A stretch of 64,000 nt of DNA from Candidatus Poribacteria bacterium (GTDB lineage: Bacteria; Poribacteria; WGA-4E; WGA-3G). The stretch lies in assembly GCA_965205025.1 (NCBI GenBank), contig CBDBFU010000020.1:32001-96000 (forward strand), read 5' to 3'. The notes beneath the pieces were generated by a model. That model was not told the origin of the DNA, did not search any database, and saw nothing but the letters and a program-made list of their open reading frames with translations. How positions within the stretch are numbered: position 1 is the stretch's first letter; every line of letters starts with the position of its first letter. Position numbers and translations under genes: made by a program. Positions 50,501 to 60,043 of this stretch are shown piece by piece.

Positions 50501-51893
50501 CAATGATACAATCTCTACACTGAGTCAAACCTCTGTATCACTTGCTTCTGGTGCTTCATCGGAAATCACACTTACAATTAACGGAGCATCCCTTGTAAGT
50601 GCTGGTGATTATGTAGTCAAAGTTTCGGCAACTTCTCAGGGTGATATTGAAAAGATTGCTGAACTAACAACTACAACCACAATACTTCCTATTTACGGTG
50701 TTACCTTAGGAGGTGTAGGTGACCTGACTACCAAAACTAATAATGCAAGTAATGGAGTCAGTTATACACTTACAATCACCAATACAGGCAATACAGAAGA
50801 TACCTTCGTTTTAACATCATCTGACAATACAGCAACAATAAATCAATCCTTAGTTAGTATTGGGTCTAATGCTTCAACAATAGTGATTCTGACCATTCCT
50901 GCTTCGACTTTAGCTACAGCTGGTGATTATATTGTCAGAGTTACTGCCACATCTCAAGGGGATAATACAAAGTCTGCTGAGATTTCAACAATGACCTCAA
51001 TTCTACCTATTTATGATGTTACAATTTCAGGATTAATGAAATTGAGTACTGATACATCGGACACAGATGCTGGTATCAGTTATAAGTTAACTGTAACAAA
51101 TAATGGTAATACGGACGATGTGATCAATTTATCTACATCAGATGATGCATTGACTACACTAAATCCAAATTCAATTTCGTTGGCATCAGGAACTTCACAA
51201 GAAGTGGTTCTAACTGTATCCGCAGATGCACTTTCAACTGCAGGTGAGTTTGAAGTCAGGGTTACCGCTACATCCCAAGGAGATCCAACGATAACAGATG
51301 AAACTACAATTTCAACATCAATTGATCCAGTTTACGGTGTTATGTTTGAGGGTGCTGACCAACTGGTAGATTCCACCATGGATATATTGGATGGTGTCAG
51401 TTACGAACTCATTCTTACAAACATTGGTAATATTGAAGATACTATATTACTTAGTTCATCTGCGGAAGTTGGTATAGAAGGTAGTGTTCTTGGTTCATTT
51501 AAAACAGCAATAGACCAAGAGATATCTACAAGTCAAGTTGAGATAACACTAAAACCGGGTTCATCTGTAACGCTTACATTCATAGTCGCAGGTGATTCAT
51601 TCACTAAACCTGGTGATTATGAAATCATAGTCACTGCTTCATCACAAGGAGATACCACAAAATCAGTAGATATCACTACAACAACTACTATTAATCCAGT
51701 TGTATGGGATTTGAATGCTGATGGAATAATTAATATCTTGGATTTAGTAAGTGTGTCAAACCAGTTCGGTAAATCTGGTGAAGGTCTTATTGGTGATGTA
51801 AATGAGGATGGTACAGTGAATATACTTGATCTTGTTCAAGTTGCTTCCTATTTTGGTAAATCACAAGTTGAAATAATTGAGGAAATGCAATAA
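47526..51893 (+). CDS. Secreted Reeler-like (choice-of-anchor V type) domain + ~11 tandem Ig-like (NEW3/CARDB-like) repeats + C-terminal dockerin
   Basis: FSNGPP...CATAGCH...WGFEMTA...AGTF...FKWTAP..VGPITFY; 107-aa repeats with TNTGNTDD; WDLNADGIINILDL and GDVNEDGTVNILDL. Confidence 0.88.
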   Translation: MKYIYSVSLLLLFSLIANSHVFAFSNGPPDGRTGGPNELTCATAGCHLGKSLNSAGGSLVLTVPETYMPGMVYDIIVELRRSGQSKWGFEMTALNSKNDRAGTFSKIDGNTQTSGEDTDRQYIKHTFAGNANGKQNSNSWRFKWTAPDSNVGPITFYTAGNASNGNFNPADDYIYTQEATSEVVTHGVTITSDEIRKETTDANTGVEYTLKVTNTGNVEDTIQLGSSAEFGIGGAFLGSFKRENSQDTPTSQLEITLDPGETTDVIFIASGDLLTKPGVYPIIVTASSKGNPTKTAKINTITKIEAVYGVSITGIGDLTQEIDDASSGVNYTLRITNTGNDRDRIRLSTTGDITAALSSNIVILESGASRNITLSIPSNSLSRAGEYSIKVTATSQGDLAKTAEISTTTSILPVYGVSLVGIGDLTSETSDASDGVSYKFSLSNTGNTDDILALSISGDVSGTLSQTTVSLSYGTSKDITLTIPGSVLAKAGDYTVKVTATSQGNLTKTAEITTTTTILPVYGVSLVGIGDLTSETSDASDGVSYKFSLSNTGNTDDILALSISGDVSDTLSQTTVSLSYGTSKDITLTIPGSVLAKAGDYTVKVTATSQGNLAKTAEISTTTSILPVYGVSLVGIGDLTSETTDASDGVSYKFTISNTGNTDDILALSISGDVSGTLSQTTVSLSYGTSKDITLTIPGSVLAKAGDYTVKVTATSQGDLAKTAEISTMTSILPVYGVSLVGIGDLTSETSDASDGVSYKFTVTNTGNTDDTIRLSSSGDVASTLSQTSVSLASGISSEITLTINGASLVSAGDYVVKVAATSQGDIEKIAELTTTTKILPVYGVRLVGIGDLTFETTDASDGVSYKFTVTNTGNTDDTIRLSSSGDVASTLSQTSVSLASGISSEITLTINGASLVSAGDYVVKVSATSQGDIEKIAELTTTTTILPIYGVILGGVGNLITETTDAGDGVSYTFTVTNIGNTDDIINLSSSNDTISTLSQTSVSLASGASSEITLTINGASLVSAGDYVVKVSATSQGDIEKIAELTTTTTILPIYGVTLGGVGDLTTKTNNASNGVSYTLTITNTGNTEDTFVLTSSDNTATINQSLVSIGSNASTIVILTIPASTLATAGDYIVRVTATSQGDNTKSAEISTMTSILPIYDVTISGLMKLSTDTSDTDAGISYKLTVTNNGNTDDVINLSTSDDALTTLNPNSISLASGTSQEVVLTVSADALSTAGEFEVRVTATSQGDPTITDETTISTSIDPVYGVMFEGADQLVDSTMDILDGVSYELILTNIGNIEDTILLSSSAEVGIEGSVLGSFKTAIDQEISTSQVEITLKPGSSVTLTFIVAGDSFTKPGDYEIIVTASSQGDTTKSVDITTTTTINPVVWDLNADGIINILDLVSVSNQFGKSGEGLIGDVNEDGTVNILDLVQVASYFGKSQVEIIEEMQ
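48441..51647 (+). repeat. 321-nt intragenic tandem repeat array
   Basis: Unit starts at 48441, 48762, 49083, 49404, 49725, 50046, 50367, 50688, 51006, 51327. Confidence 0.95.
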
Positions 51894-51903
51894 ATGGATA
51901 GAA

Positions 51904-51945
51904 AATCCTGAATACGCATGCATTTCTGTGTGCCTATTCAGGATT
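51904..51945 (+). terminator. Hairpin downstream of the Reeler-domain gene
   Basis: aatcctgaata...tattcaggatt inverted repeat. Confidence 0.55.
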
Positions 51946-51973
51946 GGTAATTTTAACTTTTTGGGAGAAATAA

Positions 51974-53044
51974 ATGGCATCAAAATACCGTGTAGGAATT
52001 ATTGGATGCGGAGGAATAGCAAGAGCACATGCAGGTGGTTATCAGGGAGTTGATGAAACAGAGATCGTAGCACTTGCAGATCCTATCCAAGCAGCACTTG
52101 ATAACTTTTCAGAAGCCTATGGTGTTTCAAATGACAACTGTTATTTGGATCCAAGAGAGATGCTGGACAAAGAGAATCTTGACATTGTGAGTGTAGCAAC
52201 ATGGCATAAACTTCATGCCCCTATGACTATTGCAGCATGTGCAAGATCCCCTAAAGCTGTATTATGTGAAAAACCTATGGGAGTTAGTCTCGGTGAATGT
52301 GATGACATGCTAATTGCTGCACGGCGAAATAATGTCAAGATTGTTATAGGTCACCAAAGAAGATTTAATTCTGCATGGACGGATGCTCGAAATCTAATTG
52401 CTGATGGAGCAATAGGTGAACCGAGACAGATTGTCTGTCATGGTGGACAAGGGTTATTGAATGATTGTTCACATCTATTTGATATGATGCGATATGTATT
52501 AGGAGACCCTGATCCACAATGGGTTATTGGGAATGTTGAACGAAAAACCGAACGTTATGAGCGTGATATTCAGATTGAGGATAGAAGTGCAGGTATAGTA
52601 GGTTTCGAGGGTGGATGTATTGGAATGTTGATGCAGGAAATTGGAAGACCAAATTATCAGGGAGGAATAGTATACGGATCAGATGGAATTGCTGATGTAA
52701 CAGAAGGACGTGTACGTCTATTAAATAATAAAGCAACCGATTGGGAAGAACGTCCATCAGATGGAATTAATCAACATGTTGCACAAGCCAAAGAATTAGT
52801 GGAATGGATTGAAGATGATACTGAACACCGTGGTGCAGCAGTACACGGACGCGCTGCTGTTGAAATAATTATGGCGATCTATGAATCTGCACGGATGCAT
52901 GAAGTCGTCCAATTACCATTACGAACCCATGCAAATCCGTTAGATCTGATGATTGATAATGGAGACCTACCGGTAGAACGTCCAGGACGATACGATATAC
53001 GTGCTTTCTTATTACACGGTGAATCAATGAAGCCAAATGAATAA
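51974..53044 (+). CDS. Gfo/Idh/MocA family oxidoreductase
   Basis: GIIGCGGIA, LCEKPM, GHQRRF, DCSHLFD. Confidence 0.93.
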   Translation: MASKYRVGIIGCGGIARAHAGGYQGVDETEIVALADPIQAALDNFSEAYGVSNDNCYLDPREMLDKENLDIVSVATWHKLHAPMTIAACARSPKAVLCEKPMGVSLGECDDMLIAARRNNVKIVIGHQRRFNSAWTDARNLIADGAIGEPRQIVCHGGQGLLNDCSHLFDMMRYVLGDPDPQWVIGNVERKTERYERDIQIEDRSAGIVGFEGGCIGMLMQEIGRPNYQGGIVYGSDGIADVTEGRVRLLNNKATDWEERPSDGINQHVAQAKELVEWIEDDTEHRGAAVHGRAAVEIIMAIYESARMHEVVQLPLRTHANPLDLMIDNGDLPVERPGRYDIRAFLLHGESMKPNE

Positions 53045-53069
53045 TAATTTTTGATGAGAATTCAATACT

Positions 53070-54311
53070 ATGCAGATTACACAAGGGATTAGTGTTGGTT
53101 TATCTGCACTCCGAAGAAACAAATTACGTTCTGTTCTAACTACACTCGGCATTATCATAGGGATAGCCGCAGTTGTGTCAGTAGTTTCAGTTGGGGGTGG
53201 TGCTGAACATTTGATTCTTCTGGAAATGGAACGTGCTGGTGGCGCGGGGATGATTGTCTGTTTCCGTAAAGAATTTATACGGAGAGATGATGGCAGATAT
53301 ATGCGTAATAAAGTGCCAGAATTTATAGAATACGAGGATTTAGATTTTATTCTGGAATACTGTCCATCTCTGAAAACAGCAACCGTACAAGCAGGTCAAA
53401 ATTTACGGGTTTCCTATAGACATAGGAATCAATCTCTTCAGGTTCAAGGTGTTACCCCATTCTACCAAGATGTAAATAACTGGTTTTTTGAGTATGGAAG
53501 ATTTATCACTGAGGATGATATCAATCGTATTGACCCGGTCTGTGTAATCGGTTCTGAAGTTCATAAAGATCTGTTTGAGATGGAAGATCCAATTGGAAGA
53601 GAGATAAAAATTGGATCTGAGAGATTTACCGTCGTAGGTATCATGGAGGAGAAGGGGAATATGATGGCAACCGAGGGATGGGATAACCGTGTGATTATTC
53701 CAATCTCTACAATGCAGGCACGTTTCCTCGGTCAAATGAGAGGATGGTTAGTCCTCTTTGCTCAAGCAAAAAGTTACGATCTTGTTGAACAAGCTGTTGC
53801 AGAAATAAAAGTCGCCTTCAGACAACAGCATAGTGATGAAAAATACTTCGATTTCTTTACTGCTAAACAGATTATAGAACAGGTAGGAAATGTAAGTAAT
53901 ATTGTTCAAATCCTGTTGGGAGCAGTTGCAAGTATTGCCTTATTCGTTGGAGGTATCGGTATTATGAATATAATGTTGGTTTCCGTCACCGAGAGAACGA
54001 GGGAAATCGGTCTAAGAAAAGCCATAGGTGCAAGACGTCTGGATATTCTATTACAATTCCTTATTGAGGCAATTGTTCTAAGTATCTGTGGCGGAATAAT
54101 TGGGATTTTCATCGGGAGTGGACTTGCTACTGGTTCCGGGTGGGTCATATCAACATTCATGATAAAAGATGCAAACTGGCCAGCAGTTGTTTCATTACAA
54201 GCAGCATTAATTGCATTTGGGGTATCCGCATTTATCGGTGTATTCTTTGGTATATACCCAGCCAACAAAGCAGCAAGTCTCACACCCACAGAGGCATTAC
54301 GTCACGATTAA
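53070..54311 (+). CDS. MacB/FtsX family ABC transporter permease
   Basis: RSVLTTLGIIIGIA, GGIGIMNIMLVSVTERTREIG, PTEALR. Confidence 0.95.
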   Translation: MQITQGISVGLSALRRNKLRSVLTTLGIIIGIAAVVSVVSVGGGAEHLILLEMERAGGAGMIVCFRKEFIRRDDGRYMRNKVPEFIEYEDLDFILEYCPSLKTATVQAGQNLRVSYRHRNQSLQVQGVTPFYQDVNNWFFEYGRFITEDDINRIDPVCVIGSEVHKDLFEMEDPIGREIKIGSERFTVVGIMEEKGNMMATEGWDNRVIIPISTMQARFLGQMRGWLVLFAQAKSYDLVEQAVAEIKVAFRQQHSDEKYFDFFTAKQIIEQVGNVSNIVQILLGAVASIALFVGGIGIMNIMLVSVTERTREIGLRKAIGARRLDILLQFLIEAIVLSICGGIIGIFIGSGLATGSGWVISTFMIKDANWPAVVSLQAALIAFGVSAFIGVFFGIYPANKAASLTPTEALRHD

Positions 54312-54375
54312 ACTATATCATTCTATTAATTTCTTGATAATATAGAATTCGACGGGAACCGTTCCAACGGTTGAA

Positions 54376-55914
54376 TTACCAAGAATCTGTCCGGAACGGG
54401 GATGCTGGAAGTCCTTCCTTGTTAATCAAATTTGGTTCTGCAATTTGATCCCATCCAAACCTTACTGCCACTGGTGCGGTAACCGCTTCGCTACTTACAA
54501 CAACTGTATCACCATCTACAATTGCATTTGCTTTATAAAACTGCTTATCTTCACCAGCAATTTCAAACCAAGTTAGAGCAAGTCCGTCACGCGACATCAA
54601 TCCACTACCAACATGATCAAAATTTAAACGAATAGAGTCATCCTCAATTTCCATTCCTTTGTAGAGCGGACCTGAACACACAAGATCTTCTTTACCATAA
54701 GTCTTCGCAAGAGCCCATAAGGCAAGTCTTACCCCAACATCCTGCTTATTCCTTGGATGAATATCTCTGATATTTCCTACATCCGTAGTAACGACCATAC
54801 CAGTATTAGGAACAGATAATGTAGCAGCTTGTGCTTCCCATAATCTTGCTAACCTTGCAGTTTCATCTCCTTGCCCACCATAATTGAAAGGAGCAAGTTG
54901 CACAAAGTAAAATGGAAAATCTCCCTGGCCCCATACATCACGCCAACCATTGATGAGTGCTTTCATTTTTTTATGATAGGTCATACCCTCTGGCATATTA
55001 GATTCTCCTTGATACCAGAGTGCACCACGGATAGCATAAGGAACAATTGGGTAGATCATAGCATTGTATAGAGAGGTAGGTCTACCAGAATTCGTCAATG
55101 GATGCATATTTTCAGGCATCTGTATAATAGTCGTATTATTCTCAATTGCTTCTTTTGTTTCAGCAATCCATTCCTCTATTTCTTCTATCTTATCTGGAAG
55201 TTGTGATCTATAGTTGGTATTAATATCTTCGATTTCATCAGATATGGATGATAGTGCTGGAACAGAGTCAAATCCAACTTGTGGTGTCCACGGTTCAATT
55301 CGTGTTCCACCCCATGATGTGTTAATTAGACCAATTGGTATGTCCAACTCATTATATAGATGTCTCCCGAAATAGTATGCTACTGCTGAAAAATGTCTAA
55401 TATTATCTGGTGTGGTTGGACGCCACTGAGCATCCACATCAAGCATAGGTAAACCTGATGCTACCCTTGGGATATGAAATAAACGAATGTTAGGATAATC
55501 AGCAGCAGCGATTTCCTCCTGACTATTATTAGATGCATTAACTGGCCATTCCATATTCGATTGTCCTGAACAGACCCACACCTCACCAAATAGGATGTCA
55601 GATAATTCAATAGTCGTACTACCTTCAACAGTTAGTGAATACGGTCCACCTGCTGGAGTGGTAGGTAATGATGATTTCCAATTGCCCTTTTCATCTGCAA
55701 CTACTTCCTCTGATGTTACAATTTCTCCATCTGAATCTCTAATTAACGTAATTGAGACTTTTTCATTAGCATTTGCCCAACCCCATATTGGTACAGCCAT
55801 ATCACGTTGTAATACCATGTTACTACCAAAAACACGTGGTAGTCTTACCTCAGCAATAGCATATAGGTGGGATAACAGAAACATGGAACTGATTACCACA
55901 ATAAGTACTTTCAT
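54376..55914 (-). CDS. Sialate O-acetylesterase (SASA/SGNH family)
   Basis: MVLQRD, GEVWVCSGQSNM, WYQGESN, DIHPRNK, PASPFRTD. Confidence 0.93.
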   Translation of the reverse strand: MKVLIVVISSMFLLSHLYAIAEVRLPRVFGSNMVLQRDMAVPIWGWANANEKVSITLIRDSDGEIVTSEEVVADEKGNWKSSLPTTPAGGPYSLTVEGSTTIELSDILFGEVWVCSGQSNMEWPVNASNNSQEEIAAADYPNIRLFHIPRVASGLPMLDVDAQWRPTTPDNIRHFSAVAYYFGRHLYNELDIPIGLINTSWGGTRIEPWTPQVGFDSVPALSSISDEIEDINTNYRSQLPDKIEEIEEWIAETKEAIENNTTIIQMPENMHPLTNSGRPTSLYNAMIYPIVPYAIRGALWYQGESNMPEGMTYHKKMKALINGWRDVWGQGDFPFYFVQLAPFNYGGQGDETARLARLWEAQAATLSVPNTGMVVTTDVGNIRDIHPRNKQDVGVRLALWALAKTYGKEDLVCSGPLYKGMEIEDDSIRLNFDHVGSGLMSRDGLALTWFEIAGEDKQFYKANAIVDGDTVVVSSEAVTAPVAVRFGWDQIAEPNLINKEGLPASPFRTDSW

Positions 55915-56036
55915 ATAAGTATCCTTTGTATAAGTTTAGAGTTATATAATACCATTTTCAGCAAATTGGTATTATAACATGAGTTTGATAATGAATTTGT
56001 TAATTTAGGTTATAACAAATTCATAATTATAATTCT

Positions 56037-57594
56037 TTACCATGAATCTGTCCTAAATGGAGAAGCAGGTAATCCTTCCTTATTAATCAGATTTGGTTCA
56101 GCAATTTGGTTCCAACCAAATCTAACAGCAATTGGGTTAGTTACAGATTGACTTATAACCATAATCGTATTCCCTTCTATTGTTGCTTCAGCATCGTGGT
56201 ATTGTTTGTCTTCACCTGCAATTTCAAACCAAGTAAGCGGTTCACCATCACTTGACATCAATCCACCACCCACATGATCGAAACTAATACGGATTTTATT
56301 CTCATTCACTTCAAAATCTTTATATAATGGTCCTGAAAAAACAACGTCGTTTTTTCCATAGTTTTTTGCCAATGCCCATAATGCAAGTCTGTAACCGACT
56401 GCTTGTTTATTCCTCGGATGAATATCATTTATTTTACTTATATCTGTGGTAACAACCATTCCAGTGTTAGGAATAGATAATGTAGCTGTTTGAGCCTCCC
56501 ATAATCTTGGTAGAACATAAGGATTTGGTTTCAATCCGCGTCTGGTGGCAATTCTATTGTAATTAAAGGGGTGCAAGCTGAACAAAATAGAATGGGAATT
56601 CTCCTTGCTGCCATACCTCTCGCCATCCGTGAATAAGCGCTTTCATCTTTCTGTGATACATCATTCCCTCTCTGACATTTGATTCTCCTTGATACCAAAT
56701 CGCTCCACGGATCGCATAAGGAAGGAGAGGATGTATCATATTGTTGTAAATTGATGTAGGTCTTGTATGGTTATTAAATGGATGGTTAATGACTGGAAGT
56801 GGTGAAAAAATCTCATCAGTTTTTAAAGCTTTCTTTGTTTTGTCAATCCATTCCTCAATCTCTTGAATTTTCAAAGGGAGATTCTTTCGATAGTTTGATT
56901 GCACCGTTTCAATTTCCTGGGATATGGATTTCAATGCAGGAACATCAGCAAAACCGACGGGTGGTGTCCAAGGTTCAATCCGTGTTCCACCCCATGAAGT
57001 ATTGATTAATCCAATGGGTACGTTTAAGTCTGTGTGTAACTTTCTACCAAAGTAATAGGCAACAGCAGAAAAATTTGGAATCGTCTCAGGAGTTGTCTCC
57101 TTCCAATCCGCCGTTACATTTTGCATAAGAAGACCTGAAGCCTTTCTTGGTACATAAAACAATCGAATATCGGGGTATTTTGCGGCAGCAATTTCCTTAA
57201 CATTGTCTTTAGATGCGTTGACAGACCATTGCATGTTTGATTGTCCTGAACATACCCAGACTTCACCAAAAAGTATATTCCCCAGTTTTAGAGTGTTATT
57301 TCCAACAACCTCAAGGGAATAAGGACCACCCGCTTCCATTGGTGGAATCTTGATCTCCCAATTTCCATCAACACCTACAACCGTAGTGAGCGTATGAATG
57401 GTGTCTCCTTCTTCTGAATTTAGTGTTAGAGTTATTTCTTCATTCGGAGATCCCCATCCCCATATAGGAACTTCCATATTCCGTTGCAATACCATGTTAT
57501 TACCAATTACATTTGGTAATGTAACATCAGAATAAACTACTACTGATGTTAACAGCAAAAAATAGAGTAAGAGTAATAATGTGAGTCGTTTCAT
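56037..57594 (-). pseudogene. Second sialate O-acetylesterase, split by a one-base frameshift
   Basis: ORFs 56563-57594 and 56037-56585; an extra C (plus-strand GGGG 56568-56571) turns QLAPFNY, as in the intact paralog, into QLAPL*. Confidence 0.85.
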
Positions 57595-57597
57595 GAA

Positions 57598-59922
57598 TTA
57601 TCCTTCAATCAGTTGATTGTTAAGACGTTCAGCAAGGTAACTGTTTCGGTCCATTACTTGGTTATTCCTAATACAGATACCCAGTGCTTGTTTGGTACCT
57701 ACTATGATTACGCGTTCTTTTGCACGAGTAATTCCTGTATAGAGTAAATTACGTTGTAGCATAATATAATGTTGTGTATGAATAGGAATGACTACTGCTG
57801 GATATTCACTTCCTTGTGCCTTGTGTATAGTTGTTGCATAAGCCAAAACCAATTCATTTAAATCAGCCATATCATAGGCGACTATTTTTTCAGGAAATCT
57901 AACCTTCACAGTTTTCTCTACTTGATCTATTCCAGCAATCCTACCTATATCACCATTATATACGTCGTAATCATAGTTATTTCTAATCTGCATTACCTTA
58001 TCGCCAACACGAAAAGTATGCCAGCCTCTGACTGCTTGTTCAGTATTTGGATTAAGGGCTTCTTGTAAACGGTTGTTTAGGTTTTCTGATCCAAGACTCC
58101 CTTTTCGCATAGGACAAAGTAGTTGGATGTCGTCTATAGGATGATAGTTATAATGATTTGGTAACCGTTTTGAAATCAAAGCTATAATAAGATCTACAGA
58201 TTCTACATCATCTTCAGATTCAATAAAAAAGAAATTCCTATCTTTTGGACCAGAAAGTTTTGGGAATTCACCGGTATTAATTAGGTGTGCATTCGTAACT
58301 ATCATGCTCTGTTGTGCCTGTCTGAAAATTTCAGTGAGTTTTACAACGGGAATCTTCATTGATTGTATTAAACTATTCAGAACATTACCTGCACCTACGG
58401 ATGGAAGTTGATCAGTATCTCCAATTAGTATTAGTGTCGCATCTGAAGGAACAGCTTGCATCAGACGATTCATCAAGACTATATCAACCATAGACATCTC
58501 ATCCAATATCACTACATCCGTTTCTAAAGGATTTTCTCTGTTTCGTTTGAATCCATTATCTTGGGGTGAGAATTCAAGAAGTCTATGGATCGTCTTAGCT
58601 TCTTTACCAGTAGTTTCACTCAATCGTTTTGCTGCACGTCCAGTTGGGGCAGCAAATGCAATTGACTTATCAAGTGACTCAAACATATGTATCATTCCAA
58701 CTGTAGTCGTCGTTTTTCCTGTACCTGGACCTCCAGTTAATATCATGGCGCGTTCTGTGGCAGCTGTATGGATTGCTTGTCTCTGGTGTGATGCAAATTC
58801 TATTTTCATCTCTATCTGCAACTTATTCAATATAGAATCAATATCAATTGGTTTTCTATCCATTCCACCATTTGAGAGTAATCTGTGAAACTGATTAGTT
58901 ATTCCCATTTCAGCATAGAAAAAGGGTGCAAGATAGATTGCACCCTCTTCAGGAATTGATTGTATTTCATAAGATTCTGGACTTTCATCAATTACATCGG
59001 TTTCTTCGACAATTTCAATATAATCTGATTGTTTCTCAGTGATTTGTCCCAATGTGGCGATTCCAGAACCATCCAAAGATCTACTGTTTTCATCTAATAT
59101 CTCCGGTTGTCCACTCTCATCAGATAATATTATCTCTTCCTTAATTCTTAACTCGTAAATTCCTTTTTCAATAGCCTTATCTTCTAATTCAAGCATTTCT
59201 TGGCACGCTTCAGACAGCTCTTTTGAATTTTGAAACACATGCCCATCATCTGCTTTTTGACTAAGCACATACTTTATGCCGGCTTGAACACGGTGAGGGT
59301 CGTCTTTATTCATCCCAAGTTTCTGTGCAATTGTGTCTGCAGTTACAAAACCAATTCCATAGATATCATCTGCAAGTCGATATGGGTTTTCAGTTACAAT
59401 ATTTATTGCTTCATTTTGATATGTCTTGAAAATCTTTGCTGCATGAGTTGTACTTACATTATGAGACTGTAGGAATAGCATGACGTTTTTTATTTCACGT
59501 TGTTCTTCCCACGCATCCTGAATCATCTTGACGCGTTTACGTCCAATACCCTCTACTCCAGCAATCTTATCTGGTTCTTGTTCTATTACATCTATAGTAT
59601 CCATCCCAAATTTATTCACTATTCGAGATGCCATTTTAGGTCCAATACCTTTGATCAGTCCAGATCCAAGGTATTTCTTGATACCCGCAATGTTTGCTGG
59701 AAGTATTGTCTCATATTTATCAATTTGAAACTGACGTCCATATTTAGGATTATTGACCCATTCACCTTTTAAGATCAAACTCTCACCAGCATATACACTT
59801 GCCAGATTACCGACGATTGTTATGAGTTCTGAATGACCGCGCGCAGAAAACCTACCAATGGTATAACCGTTATCTGGATTTTCAAAAACTATCCGTTCAA
59901 GAATCCCATTCAACGTTTCCAT
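57598..59922 (-). CDS. recD2: ATP-dependent RecD-like DNA helicase
   Basis: YLGSGLIKGIGP HhH region, TGGPGTGKT, APTGRAAKR, DEMSM, TIHKAQGSE. Confidence 0.96.
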   Translation of the reverse strand: METLNGILERIVFENPDNGYTIGRFSARGHSELITIVGNLASVYAGESLILKGEWVNNPKYGRQFQIDKYETILPANIAGIKKYLGSGLIKGIGPKMASRIVNKFGMDTIDVIEQEPDKIAGVEGIGRKRVKMIQDAWEEQREIKNVMLFLQSHNVSTTHAAKIFKTYQNEAINIVTENPYRLADDIYGIGFVTADTIAQKLGMNKDDPHRVQAGIKYVLSQKADDGHVFQNSKELSEACQEMLELEDKAIEKGIYELRIKEEIILSDESGQPEILDENSRSLDGSGIATLGQITEKQSDYIEIVEETDVIDESPESYEIQSIPEEGAIYLAPFFYAEMGITNQFHRLLSNGGMDRKPIDIDSILNKLQIEMKIEFASHQRQAIHTAATERAMILTGGPGTGKTTTTVGMIHMFESLDKSIAFAAPTGRAAKRLSETTGKEAKTIHRLLEFSPQDNGFKRNRENPLETDVVILDEMSMVDIVLMNRLMQAVPSDATLILIGDTDQLPSVGAGNVLNSLIQSMKIPVVKLTEIFRQAQQSMIVTNAHLINTGEFPKLSGPKDRNFFFIESEDDVESVDLIIALISKRLPNHYNYHPIDDIQLLCPMRKGSLGSENLNNRLQEALNPNTEQAVRGWHTFRVGDKVMQIRNNYDYDVYNGDIGRIAGIDQVEKTVKVRFPEKIVAYDMADLNELVLAYATTIHKAQGSEYPAVVIPIHTQHYIMLQRNLLYTGITRAKERVIIVGTKQALGICIRNNQVMDRNSYLAERLNNQLIEG

Positions 59923-60043
59923 CTGTCTTTCCTACTCATACATTAACTTAGAACTAATAGGGTTTTGTCTCAAGACTGGATCATTCGGTAGGTCTTAATC
60001 AATATTCTGTTTATTGAAATGAAAATACCAATATACCGAATAA

